A stretch of DNA of 64,000 nt from an uncultured Nitrospiraceae bacterium (GTDB taxonomy: Bacteria > Nitrospirota > Thermodesulfovibrionia > Thermodesulfovibrionales > Dissulfurispiraceae), in NCBI GenBank assembly GCA_947085205.1, contig CAMTVO010000010.1, positions 1 to 64,000 on the forward strand. The letters are read 5' to 3'. The position numbers and the translations under genes are program-made. Below the pieces are notes generated by a model that was not told the origin of the DNA, ran no database searches, and was given only the letters and a program-made list of their open reading frames with translations. This document shows, piece by piece, positions 50,003 to 60,291 of this stretch; the stretch's first letter is position 1, and every line of letters begins with the position of its first letter.

Positions 50003-50183
50003 AAAATCCTCCTCTTTATTTAATTTTAAGGCTTTTAAACATATTAAACATATTAAACATAGAAGGTAAAGACTAATACAGAAGCCGATGGCTCGTCAAA
50101 TAAAAAAAATTTATCGCTATATTAGCTTTATTTTAAAGTTTAACTTGACCGTTTTGATGCCTCATGCGTAAAATTAAAGGCGT

Positions 50184-53100
50184 ATGAAAATTAGACAGAT
50201 CGAGTTTATTGGTTTCAAATCCTTTGCCGACAAGACCTTATTTCCTCTCCACAACGGCATTACCTGCATCGTAGGGCCGAACGGCTGCGGAAAGAGCAAC
50301 ATTGCAGATGCATTCAGATGGGTGCTCGGAGAGCAGAGCGCAAAGAGCCTGCGCGGCGAAAAAATGGAAGAGGTCATATTTCAAGGGTCAGCCACAAAAA
50401 AACAGAAGGGAATGGCTGAAGTCACGCTCATCTTTTCCCAGTCAAGCCGTACCGTGCCGAAAAGCGATTCCGGCAACGGAAACGGCTCCTCCTCTGATGA
50501 GAGCGTTTCGGATGAAATCTCAGTATCGAGAAGGCTCTACAGGTCAGGAGAGAGCGAATATCTCATTAATAAAAAACAGTGCAGGCTTAGGGATATTAAA
50601 GATATATTCCTCGACACAGGCCTCGATGTCAAAAGCTATTCCATATTGGATCAGGGCAGGATCGGCGAGATTATCAATGCAAAACCCCATGAAAGAAGAT
50701 TCCTCATCGAGGAAATTGCAGGGGTTATGAAATATAAGGTCAGAAAGGCGGAGGCGCTTTCGAAACTCGAATCTTCAAAGCAGAATCTCTTGAGGATAAA
50801 CGACATCGTATATGAAGTCAAACGCCAGATAAACAGCCTCGACAGGCAGGTAAAAAAGGCAGAGAGATATAAAAGACTGATAGGAGAGCTGAAAGAGGTC
50901 GAATTAAGAACGGCAAAGAGGGAGCACGCAAGACTCAGCAATGCCCTAAACGCTCTCTTATCAGAGATAGCGAAACAGAGAGAAGCGGATTCCGCAAACA
51001 GGGCCGAGCTAGCAACTTTAGAAAATCTGATAGAGACTAAACGCCTCGAACTCGCAGAGAAAGAAAAAACACTTTTAGAACTCGAAAACAGCCTCTATGA
51101 AAAAGAACGGATAGTCTCAGACACAGAAAAACGCATAGCAGTATTGAAGGCAAATATAGAAAATAAAAAGGCCGACATTGTCAGGCTCACAAACCAGCAG
51201 GAAGAGATAAAGACCAAAAAAGAGGAGCTTTCCGGAAAGATTGTAGAGCTCGATGATGCCGAAAATGCCCTGTTGTCCAGCATGGAAAACATATCGCTGG
51301 AGCTCAACGAGAAAAAGGATTGGGCAGCAGACATCGAGATGTCGATTGCGGATAAAGAATCGGAGATAGAAAACAAAAGAAAAGAGCTATTCAAGGTATC
51401 GGAAAACCTGAGCAATAAAAAGAATGAGCTTCACAAGCTCCAGTCTTCTCACGCAACCCTGAAATACAGGGAATCCGTATCCCTGAAGGATATGGGGAGC
51501 ATAAAGGCCGGAATTGAGGATTTGCAAAAGTCCATAAAAGAAGCCGAAGATTCTATAAAAACCAAAACCGAAGAGCGCCTCAAACTCAATTCCGAAAAGG
51601 AAGCAATAGCTTCCGAGATAACAAAATTAAAAGGTGAAATCGAAAACAGTAAGACGCTACTTGCCAAAGAAAGGGAAGACCTTGCCTCAAACATATCCAG
51701 ACTGAATTCATTAAAAGAGTTGATTGTCGACAGGTCTTTGATGGATTTCATGTCCGAAGGAAAAAGTTATAAAGTCCTTTCTGACGCCGTCTCGGCAGAG
51801 AAGGACTTTGAAATGGCCATTGAGGCCGTCCTTTCAGAAAAGATCAACTCGCTCATAATCGACAATATCGAAGACATCATTTCAGTAGTGAATATTGTTA
51901 AGGAAAAACACCTCGGAAGGACAGCAATACTATACACGGAAATCAGAAGTCGGAAGTCAGAAGTCAAGAGTCAGGAGTCCCATCTCTTCACTCATCCATC
52001 ACTTATCGGCAGGGTATCTGACTTCGTAACATTCGAAAACCCCGATGCTCAGAACATTATAGGCAATCTTCTGGAGAATACATACATAGCAAAAGACTTT
52101 CAATCTGCCGTTGAAATACTTAACTCTGAACTCTTAACTCATAACTCTGAATTAACCCTTGTTACCCTCGACGGCGAGGTTATAAACAGCGAGGGGTGGC
52201 TTTTCGCAGGTCACGGGAAGGATATTCTAAAAAAGAAGAGGGAGATAAAAGAACTTCAGACCACAATAGACGAACAGCAGAACAAGATAAGCGCTCTTGA
52301 GAGCGGTTTAAACACATTGAACGACGGTTTGGCTGCTAAAAAAGATTCTTTGAAAAACATCGAGGACTCCATTATCGACATTGAAAAAAACATATCCCTC
52401 GCCAATCAGTCGTTAAATAACCGGAGAGAAGAATTGGAAAGAAAGACAAGGCGGCTTTCTTTCTTAGACACAGAAATCTCGACTATTTCGCATGAGATAG
52501 AGTCTCTTCAGAATCTTATGAACTCGAAGACAGAAGATATTGCCCTGCTCGAAAAAGAGATAAAGGAGGTTAACGATGCAATAGCTTCCATGCAGGAATC
52601 ACTTTCTGCGATAAAGGGAGAGTACGAAGATGCAAGGTCTCACATCACAGACCTGAAGCTCTCAATGACATCTTACAAAGAGAAGGTGGATGCGCTCAGA
52701 AAAGGAAGGGATAACATTAACAATACAATCGCAGAGTTTGAGAGCAAAAAAGAGGAGGCATTAAAGGAGATTCAGGAGGCTGAGGAAAGGATAAAAGAAT
52801 ATGTCGAAGAGTTACAGAATCTTGAGGAAGGCATAAAAGACCTTATTATTGAGGCCGACAAGATACAGATAGAGAGAACAAACCTGAAAGAAACCATACA
52901 TTCGGAGAATCAAGAGTTAATCTCAAAGGGCAATATCCTCAGGAATATAAGGGTGCAGATAGACGAAATATCCCAGCAACTCTCTGAGCTTAACTCCAGA
53001 GCAGTAGAAAACAGGCTCAGGATAGAGAATATTGAAAGTTCGATTTCGCAAAAATACGGGCTCGATATAAAGACCGAGGCAGTAGAAACAGAAGGGTTCG

Positions 53101-53759
53101 ACGCATCAGAAGACGAAAACATGATAAATGAATTGAACAACAAGATACGGGAACTCGGGCCTGTAAATCTCGGCACTATTGAAGAGTACGAAGAACTCAA
53201 AAACCGCTATGATTTCCTGATAAAGCAGCAGCAGGATCTGACAATGTCCATTGCAGAGCTTGAAGAGGCGATAAGCAGGATAAACGCAACAACAAGGAGA
53301 AGGCTCCGCGAGGCCTACGATGCGCTGAGGACAAAATTCTCTGAAGTATTTACCACGCTGTTCGGCGGTGGAAAGTCCGATATTATACTAACGGATGAGG
53401 AGAACATACTTGACTCAGGTCTGGACATCATAGCCCAGCCTCCCGGCAAAAGGCTTCAGAATATAAATCTGCTTTCAGGAGGAGAAAAGGCGCTCACCTC
53501 GCTTGCTCTTCTCTTCGCAGGATTCCTGATAAAGCCAAGCCCTCTCTGCATCCTCGACGAGGCAGACGCTCCACTGGATGAATCAAACACAGTCAGGTTC
53601 GTCCGGATGATAAAAGAACTCTCTAACGAGACGCAGTTTATAGTGATTACTCATAACAGGACAACAATGGAGGTCGCTGATTACCTTTACGGCATCACAA
53701 TGGAAGAGCCTGGTGTATCAAAGGCGATTTCACTGCAGTTTGCTGATGTGGAAATTTAA
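50184..53759 (+). CDS. smc: Chromosome segregation protein SMC
   Basis: GFKSF, GPNGCGKSN, coiled coils and hinge, LSGGEK, LDEADAPLD. Confidence 0.97.
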   Translation: MKIRQIEFIGFKSFADKTLFPLHNGITCIVGPNGCGKSNIADAFRWVLGEQSAKSLRGEKMEEVIFQGSATKKQKGMAEVTLIFSQSSRTVPKSDSGNGNGSSSDESVSDEISVSRRLYRSGESEYLINKKQCRLRDIKDIFLDTGLDVKSYSILDQGRIGEIINAKPHERRFLIEEIAGVMKYKVRKAEALSKLESSKQNLLRINDIVYEVKRQINSLDRQVKKAERYKRLIGELKEVELRTAKREHARLSNALNALLSEIAKQREADSANRAELATLENLIETKRLELAEKEKTLLELENSLYEKERIVSDTEKRIAVLKANIENKKADIVRLTNQQEEIKTKKEELSGKIVELDDAENALLSSMENISLELNEKKDWAADIEMSIADKESEIENKRKELFKVSENLSNKKNELHKLQSSHATLKYRESVSLKDMGSIKAGIEDLQKSIKEAEDSIKTKTEERLKLNSEKEAIASEITKLKGEIENSKTLLAKEREDLASNISRLNSLKELIVDRSLMDFMSEGKSYKVLSDAVSAEKDFEMAIEAVLSEKINSLIIDNIEDIISVVNIVKEKHLGRTAILYTEIRSRKSEVKSQESHLFTHPSLIGRVSDFVTFENPDAQNIIGNLLENTYIAKDFQSAVEILNSELLTHNSELTLVTLDGEVINSEGWLFAGHGKDILKKKREIKELQTTIDEQQNKISALESGLNTLNDGLAAKKDSLKNIEDSIIDIEKNISLANQSLNNRREELERKTRRLSFLDTEISTISHEIESLQNLMNSKTEDIALLEKEIKEVNDAIASMQESLSAIKGEYEDARSHITDLKLSMTSYKEKVDALRKGRDNINNTIAEFESKKEEALKEIQEAEERIKEYVEELQNLEEGIKDLIIEADKIQIERTNLKETIHSENQELISKGNILRNIRVQIDEISQQLSELNSRAVENRLRIENIESSISQKYGLDIKTEAVETEGFDASEDENMINELNNKIRELGPVNLGTIEEYEELKNRYDFLIKQQQDLTMSIAELEEAISRINATTRRRLREAYDALRTKFSEVFTTLFGGGKSDIILTDEENILDSGLDIIAQPPGKRLQNINLLSGGEKALTSLALLFAGFLIKPSPLCILDEADAPLDESNTVRFVRMIKELSNETQFIVITHNRTTMEVADYLYGITMEEPGVSKAISLQFADVEI

Positions 53760-53878
53760 GCATTTACAATTAAATGCCTCTGGTTTATACTAATGAATAG
53801 CTTTTCAAAGTTAAAGAATCCATGGAGACTTTAAAAGCTCTGGGGTTTTTTATTTTTACCAAATTAAGGAGGGTAAGT

Positions 53879-54202
53879 ATGAGCAAAAAAATCTATGTGG
53901 GAAATCTCTCGTTTAGGGCAACAGAAGATGACATCAGAGGAATCTTCTCAAAAGTCGGCGAAGTGGAATCGGTTAACATACTAACCGATGCGCACACAGG
54001 CCGCTCCAAAGGGTTTGGCTTTGTTGAGATGGCATCAGAAGAAGATGCAAAAAAGGCGATAGAATCCCTGAACGGCTCATCATTCATGGAGAGGACTCTA
54101 ACCGTTGCCGAGGCAAAGCCCCAGAAGCCAAGAGAAAGAGGTGGTTTTGAAGGCAGAAGAGGCGGTTATGGCGGAGGCAGGGGGCACGGAAGGAGAGGAT
54201 AA
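53879..54202 (+). CDS. RRM RNA-binding protein
   Basis: IYVGNLSF, KGFGFVEM, Gly/Arg tail. Start at ATG 53879 after AGGAGG. Confidence 0.95.
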   Translation: MSKKIYVGNLSFRATEDDIRGIFSKVGEVESVNILTDAHTGRSKGFGFVEMASEEDAKKAIESLNGSSFMERTLTVAEAKPQKPRERGGFEGRRGGYGGGRGHGRRG

Positions 54203-54244
54203 AGGCTGCAAGATCCAAGAGACCTGTAGTATAATTTTCATTGT

Positions 54245-55600
54245 ATGAAGAATCCTTCTGGTATCTCCGGCATTCAAATCTCCGCGGATAAAGAAGACCT
54301 AATATGCTACAGCTTTGATGCATCCATTGCAGAGTCAAAACTTCCGCAGGCTGTTGCATGGCCGAAAAATACAGATGAGGTAGTAAGGCTTGTCAAATAC
54401 GCAGGCGAAAACAACCTCTCGATCATACCTCGCGGCGCAGGCACAGGCATGTCCGGAGCGTCAGTTCCATCAGGGAATTGCATGGTCCTGAGCTTCGAAA
54501 AGATGAGAAAGATTCTGGATGTCGATACCAGAAACATGACTGTAGTTGTTGAGCCTGGCATTGTAAATGTCAGGCTTCAGAAAGAGTTGGAATACTTAGG
54601 ATACTTTTACCCGCCCGACCCTGCAAGCCTCGATATATGCACTATCGGAGGCAATGTTGCAACAAACGCAGGAGGCCCGAGGACGATAAAATACGGTGTT
54701 ACAAGGGATTATGTCATGGGCATAGAGGCTGTTCTGCCTGACGGAAGCATAATAAACACAGGAGGCAAGACCTACAAAAAAGCTGTTGGATATGACCTGA
54801 AAAATCTGCTCATAGGCTCTGAAGGAACCCTCGCTATTTCTACAAAGATAAGGCTTAAGATGCTACCCCTGCCGGAGGATGTGATAACGCTCCTTGTGCT
54901 TTTCAATAATCTTGAGGCGTCAGGAAATGCGGTCACAAAGATTCTCTCGTCAAAGATAATACCGAGGACAATGGAATTCATGGACAGGCTCTCAATAGAG
55001 GCCATAGAAAATTACAAGCCTACAGGGCTTCCGACAGATGTGGAAGCGCTTCTCTTAATAGAGCTTGACGGATACCCTGCAACAATCAAAAAAGAGGCTG
55101 AAAGGGTCGTCGATATCTGCCGTTCGCTCGGAGGCGAGGCTGTTGTCGCAGAAGACGACATGGCGCGTAATGGGCTTTGGGAGGCGAGGAGGTCTATCTC
55201 CCCTGCCCTTTACCACATCAAGCCCACAAAGATTAATGAAGATATCGTTGTTCCGAGGGATAAAATTCCATCCATTCTCATGGAATTAAGAAAATTATCA
55301 GAACAAAGCGGGATAAAGATTATCAGCTTCGGCCATGCAGGAGACGGAAACATCCATGTGAATATAATGGTTGATAAAAACGATAAAAATGAATACGCAA
55401 AGGGCATGGAAATCGTAAAAAAGATATTCGCGCTTACCGTCAACCTCGGCGGCTCAATCTCAGGCGAGCACGGAATAGGCATAACAAAAGCGCCTTACAT
55501 CGGCATGGAGACAAAAGAGAAAGAACTGGAACTAATGAAAGGCATCAAGGGATTATTCGACCCAAAGGGAATAATGAATCCGGGGAAGATATTCGGGTAA
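54245..55600 (+). CDS. FAD-linked oxidase, GlcD/D-lactate dehydrogenase family
   Basis: PRGAGTG, PPDPAS, GGNVATNAGG, GSEGTL, GHAGDGNIH, SGEHGIG, NPGKI. Confidence 0.9.
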   Translation: MKNPSGISGIQISADKEDLICYSFDASIAESKLPQAVAWPKNTDEVVRLVKYAGENNLSIIPRGAGTGMSGASVPSGNCMVLSFEKMRKILDVDTRNMTVVVEPGIVNVRLQKELEYLGYFYPPDPASLDICTIGGNVATNAGGPRTIKYGVTRDYVMGIEAVLPDGSIINTGGKTYKKAVGYDLKNLLIGSEGTLAISTKIRLKMLPLPEDVITLLVLFNNLEASGNAVTKILSSKIIPRTMEFMDRLSIEAIENYKPTGLPTDVEALLLIELDGYPATIKKEAERVVDICRSLGGEAVVAEDDMARNGLWEARRSISPALYHIKPTKINEDIVVPRDKIPSILMELRKLSEQSGIKIISFGHAGDGNIHVNIMVDKNDKNEYAKGMEIVKKIFALTVNLGGSISGEHGIGITKAPYIGMETKEKELELMKGIKGLFDPKGIMNPGKIFG

Positions 55601-56626
55601 ATGGAAAAAACCGACCTCAAGGCCTTATCGAAGCAGGAATTGGAATCTTTTGTCAAAGAATCAGGACTGCCTTCGTTTAGGGCAAAACAGATACTGCACT
55701 GGATTTATGAAAAGCATACACAATCGATTCAGGAGATTACAGAACTCTCAAAAGACCTGGGAGAAAAACTTTCGGAAAAGGCGTATATAAGTAATCTTGA
55801 ACTGCTCGACAGACAAATCTCTAAAGATGGCACAGAAAAATTTCTTTTCGGGCTTGAGGACGGAGAGACCATCGAGAGCGTCTTAATTCCTGACGAAGAC
55901 CGCTTAACGCTCTGCATTTCATCACAAGTAGGCTGTGCAACGGTTTGCAGATTCTGTCTTACAGGCAAATTTGGACTAAAAAGAAATCTCAATGCCCATG
56001 AAATAGTTGACCAGATAATATTCACAAGCAGAACCATTAAGCCAAGACGGCTTACCAATGTTGTATTAATGGGCATGGGAGAGCCTCTGGCGAATTTCGA
56101 GAATGTTGTTGAGGCATTGTGGCGGATTACAGAATTTATGAAAATCTCTCCGAGGAGGATTACCCTTTCCACATCAGGCATTGTGCCTAAAATCCTGGAA
56201 CTCCCCCAAAAAGCTCCTATGGTGAATCTGGCCATATCTCTGAATGCAACAACGGATGCTGTAAGGGATTACATAATGCCAATCAATAAGACCTACCCGA
56301 TTAAACAATTGCTTGATGCATGCCGTAAATTCCCGCTTCCGGCAAGGAGAAGGATAACCTTTGAGTATGTGATGCTGAAGGATATTAATGACACACCTGA
56401 AGACGCAAAGAGGCTTATAAATCTACTTAAAGGGATACCCTCAAAAGTGAACTTAATACCCTTCAATCCCTATGAAGGCTCTGAATTTAAGAGGCCGGAT
56501 GATAAAAGGGTTTTGGAATTCCAGAATATTCTCATTAAGGGCAATGTAATCGCCCTTATCAGAAAGAGCAAGGGGCAGGATATTCTTGCAGCCTGCGGAC
56601 AGTTAAAGGCAAGATATGCGTTATAG
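55601..56626 (+). CDS. rlmN: 23S rRNA m2A2503/tRNA methyltransferase
   Basis: CISSQVGC...CRFC, MGMGEP, FEYVML, VNLIPFN, AACGQL. Confidence 0.96.
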   Translation: MEKTDLKALSKQELESFVKESGLPSFRAKQILHWIYEKHTQSIQEITELSKDLGEKLSEKAYISNLELLDRQISKDGTEKFLFGLEDGETIESVLIPDEDRLTLCISSQVGCATVCRFCLTGKFGLKRNLNAHEIVDQIIFTSRTIKPRRLTNVVLMGMGEPLANFENVVEALWRITEFMKISPRRITLSTSGIVPKILELPQKAPMVNLAISLNATTDAVRDYIMPINKTYPIKQLLDACRKFPLPARRRITFEYVMLKDINDTPEDAKRLINLLKGIPSKVNLIPFNPYEGSEFKRPDDKRVLEFQNILIKGNVIALIRKSKGQDILAACGQLKARYAL

Positions 56627-56654
56627 CGACTTCCTTGCGCTACAACGCTCAACG

Positions 56655-57425
56655 CTATAATGCCTTACACTTCAGCGTTTCTTCCATCATCAGGATGTAT
56701 TTTGTGTAGTCAAAGCCGAATTTCATCAGTTCTATTTCATCACTCTTTATTTTTTCTAAGGTTTTTTCATCAACATTAAACATCTCAAGGAACTTGCTCT
56801 CGAAGACAAATCTCCTGAATCTGTCGACATCATAGCATGCCATGTAAAATGCCTTCTGTTTTTTCTCGTCAAGGGAATGCCCAGGGAGGTTTCTTCTGAA
56901 CAGGATTTCCTTCCATCCCCTGTTCATGTCGTCATAGACATCCACTCCCTGATCATCCCTCCAACTCTTTATTGTCCACGCTGCATCTTCGTTGAAGCCG
57001 AGGCAGTGCGGCTCTTTAATGAAGAAATAGAATTCCTCGGTTATAGGCTCGTTTATTTTATCGTCCATTTTTTTAAGTGATGCCTGTCCAACAGGATAGT
57101 ACCTGCAGTTTGCAGGCCTGTCCGAGTATATTGTGCAGCCCTCTGCTGTTACAAAGGGACATTTTCTTTCTGCATCTTCGTTCATCTTCAAGAATACGAA
57201 GGGATGGGAAGTCTTCTCGTCTATCTCTATATAAGTAGAGTTGGCCAGAAAATCGCCTGATGAGATGCCCATCCTGTTTTTAAGCCTGAGAATGTCGTAC
57301 GGGGTGAGCATAATATCAATATTGCTGCAGCATTTTGTGAAACATCCGATGCCTTTATGACATCTGAATTTGAATCGTGAATCTATGGAAAGTTGTACTT
57401 TCTCTACATGCTTCATGTTTAACAT
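56655..57425 (-). CDS. YkgJ/CxxCxxCC cysteine-cluster protein
   Basis: CHKGIGCFTKCC, CPF...GCTIYSDRPANCRYYP. Confidence 0.85.
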   Translation of the reverse strand: MLNMKHVEKVQLSIDSRFKFRCHKGIGCFTKCCSNIDIMLTPYDILRLKNRMGISSGDFLANSTYIEIDEKTSHPFVFLKMNEDAERKCPFVTAEGCTIYSDRPANCRYYPVGQASLKKMDDKINEPITEEFYFFIKEPHCLGFNEDAAWTIKSWRDDQGVDVYDDMNRGWKEILFRRNLPGHSLDEKKQKAFYMACYDVDRFRRFVFESKFLEMFNVDEKTLEKIKSDEIELMKFGFDYTKYILMMEETLKCKAL

Positions 57426-57529
57426 CGCGGGCCTCCAAAAAAACAATTTATTTATTTTAACACGCGGCAGCCAAAAAGGGCTACCGCAAATTGACTTTTA
57501 TCAAGGCGTTTTAGTATTCTAAATGTTTA

Positions 57530-57607
<78 letters not shown>

Positions 57608-57608
57608 T

Positions 57609-57685
<77 letters not shown>

Positions 57686-57694
57686 TATACGAAC

Positions 57695-57770
57695 GGTGGG
57701 CGTAGCTCAATGGCAGAGCACTGGACTGTTGCTCCAGTGGTTGCGGGTTCGATCCCCGTCGCCCACCCCA
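57695..57770 (+). tRNA. tRNA with His-type body (G-1:C73) but GTT anticodon
   Basis: G+GTGGGCG...CGCCCAC+C+CCA 8-bp acceptor; loop CT-GTT-GC. Confidence 0.9.
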
Positions 57771-57868
57771 AAAATCGTGATGGGTAAAGCGTGAAGCGTA
57801 AAGAGTCAAAAATTTTTAGCATTAAAATCCATACTCATTACCGATTACTCGTTACGGATTACGAATAT

Positions 57869-57942
57869 GCGCCTGTAGCTCAGCGGATTAGAGCATCGGC
57901 CTCCGGAGCCGAGGGTCGGAGGTTCGAATCCTCTCAGGCGCG
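57869..57942 (+). tRNA. tRNA-Arg(CCG), CCA not encoded
   Basis: GCGCCTG acceptor, loop CT-CCG-GA. Confidence 0.95.
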
Positions 57943-58005
57943 TTATTAGTGAATAGTTATTAGTATTTAGTTAGTTTATTTTTACTATTCACTGTTCACT
58001 ATGCA

Positions 58006-59220
58006 CTATACACTATCTAATAAGTGGCCTAATTTCTTCTTCTTTGTTTTCAGATAAACGATATTTTTGTCGTGAGGTCTTGACTCTACCGATACCCTTT
58101 CAACAACCTTAAGTCCGTATCCTTCGAGGCCTATTATTTTCTTTGGATTATTTGTCATCAGCCTCATCTTTCTTACGCCGAGGTCAACGAGTATCTGTGC
58201 GCCGATTCCATAGTCGCGCAAATCCGGCTTAAACCCGAGTTTGATATTGGCCTCAACAGTATCGAGCCCTTTATCCTGAAGCTCATATGCCTTCAGTTTG
58301 TTTGCAAGACCTATACCCCTTCCTTCCTGCCTCATGTAGAGTATAACACCCTTTCCTTCTTTCTTTATCATCTCCATTGCCTTGTGAAGCTGGTCGCCGC
58401 AGTCGCATCTCTTCGAGCCGAAGACATCGCCTGTGAGGCATTCTGAATGCACTCTTACAAGCACCTTATCCTCAGGTTTTATCTCTCCTTTTACAAGCGC
58501 TATATGGACATTCGGGTCAACATCATTGGAATAGGCTATTGCTGTAAAATCACCGCCGTATTCTGTCGGCATCTGGACAGTCGCAACCCTTCTTACAAAC
58601 CTCTCTGTCCGCATCCTGTACTGAATCAGGTCTTTCACTGTTATGATTTTCATATTATGTCTTTCTGAGAACTCCATTAACTGGGGAACCCTCGCCATTG
58701 TCCCGTCGTCGTTCATTATCTCGCATATAACGCCTGCCGGATAGAGACCTGCGAGTCTCGCAAGGTCAACAGAACCTTCGGTCTGGCCGGCCCTCTGCAA
58801 GACACCTCCGGGCTTTGCCCTGAGAGGGAAAACGTGTCCAGGCCTTGCAATGTCTTCAGACTTTGATTGCGGATTTATGGCAGTAAGTATGGTAACTGCC
58901 CTGTCATGGGCGGATATTCCTGTTGTAACGCCTTTTTTTGCCTCGATGGATACTGTAAAGGCAGTGCCGAATGAAGATGTGTTGGCGTCGGTCATCATAG
59001 GAAGCTTCAGCTCTTCGACCCTTTGAGGCGTTAAAGAGAGGCATATAAGTCCCCTTCCGTGTTTTGCCATGAAATTTATAGCCTCCGGCGTGACCTTCTC
59101 TGCAGCCATGCATAGGTCTCCCTCGTTTTCCCTGTCCTCATCATCCACAAGGATAACCATCTTGCCCTTTGTTATGTCTTCAAGGGCATCTTCTATTGTG
59201 TTGAATTTATGTTTTTCCAT
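58006..59220 (-). CDS. ribBA: Bifunctional DHBP synthase/GTP cyclohydrolase II
   Basis: [28 protein letters not shown]...[19 protein letters not shown]. Confidence 0.97.
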   Translation of the reverse strand: MEKHKFNTIEDALEDITKGKMVILVDDEDRENEGDLCMAAEKVTPEAINFMAKHGRGLICLSLTPQRVEELKLPMMTDANTSSFGTAFTVSIEAKKGVTTGISAHDRAVTILTAINPQSKSEDIARPGHVFPLRAKPGGVLQRAGQTEGSVDLARLAGLYPAGVICEIMNDDGTMARVPQLMEFSERHNMKIITVKDLIQYRMRTERFVRRVATVQMPTEYGGDFTAIAYSNDVDPNVHIALVKGEIKPEDKVLVRVHSECLTGDVFGSKRCDCGDQLHKAMEMIKKEGKGVILYMRQEGRGIGLANKLKAYELQDKGLDTVEANIKLGFKPDLRDYGIGAQILVDLGVRKMRLMTNNPKKIIGLEGYGLKVVERVSVESRPHDKNIVYLKTKKKKLGHLLDSV

Positions 59221-59433
59221 CCTGAATCCTCCATAAAAACAGGCTATGGGCAATAGGCCATAGGCAATAGGACAATCTATCGCTCTATTGACTATCGCCT
59301 CTTGCCTTTTGCCTAACCTATTGAGTATAGCAAAATCGGTATATATCTTTCCATTTGGCTTATTTTATGAGAAAAATGTGGGAAAGGCCGAAAGTTCTGG
59401 TATAATTTAGTCAATATTTGCAAAGGAGCTGCA

Positions 59434-60291
59434 ATGGAGCAACTATCGCTGAAGACAGAGAAATTTTTCGACATCCTCAATACCGTCCTTTCTACTCTGA
59501 ATATCGATGAAGTGCTCACAACTGTCGTCAGAGAGATAAAATTCCTCCTCGGCGCTGACAGATGCACCTTGTTTTTGGTCGACAGAGATAACAACGAACT
59601 CTATTCAAAAGTCCTTCAGGCGGACAATCTTATAGAAATAAGGGTTCCACTCACAAAGAGCAGCCTTGCAGGCTATTCGTCCATAACAGGGACGGTCATG
59701 AATATAAAAGACGCATACGATGAAGTTGAATTGAAAGCAATAGACAGCGGCCTGTCTTTTGACAAAAGATGGGACGAAAAGAGCGGATACAGGACAAAAG
59801 GCGTGCTGGCAATACCTGTCAAGGCAAAAGGCGAGATTGTCGGGGTATTTCAGGCGCTTAACAAGCCGGACGGTTTCTCTGCCTCTGATGTCAGCATGAT
59901 GGAGCAACTGTCTTTTCTTTTAGGAATTGCCGTAAACAATGCACTTTCATACCAGACCATAGAGGAAGAAAAGAAGCTCAGAGAGTACATCATAGACGAT
60001 ATAGAAGAGGGCATTTGCATTCTCGATACAAAAAAGAGAATTATCGCTGCAAACAAATTCTTAGAAGTCATGAGCGGCATGAGATCTTCAACAGATGCCA
60101 TGGTTGGAGAATACTTCTTTGAACTCTTCCCGAATTTTGCAAATACACAGCTTGAAGAAAAGATAAACGAGGTATTCCTTTTTGGTTTTAAAAAGATAGC
60201 ATTGCTTGAAGTGCTCGAAGTAAAGATTATTCCGTACCTTGATGAAAAAGGAAGAGTAAAAAAGTTGATACTCATCTTTACGAGGGTATAG
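59434..60291 (+). CDS. GAF plus PAS-like domain protein without an output domain
   Basis: ADRCTLFLVD, NIKDAYD...FDKRWDEKSGYRTK, ALNKPDGF...D; then IIDDIEEGICILD...IIAAN. Confidence 0.82.
   Translation: MEQLSLKTEKFFDILNTVLSTLNIDEVLTTVVREIKFLLGADRCTLFLVDRDNNELYSKVLQADNLIEIRVPLTKSSLAGYSSITGTVMNIKDAYDEVELKAIDSGLSFDKRWDEKSGYRTKGVLAIPVKAKGEIVGVFQALNKPDGFSASDVSMMEQLSFLLGIAVNNALSYQTIEEEKKLREYIIDDIEEGICILDTKKRIIAANKFLEVMSGMRSSTDAMVGEYFFELFPNFANTQLEEKINEVFLFGFKKIALLEVLEVKIIPYLDEKGRVKKLILIFTRV

Noticed and set aside
57695..57770. Ordinary tRNA-Asn
   Set aside because: The acceptor stem, G-1:C73 pair and loop positions 37-38 are His-like.
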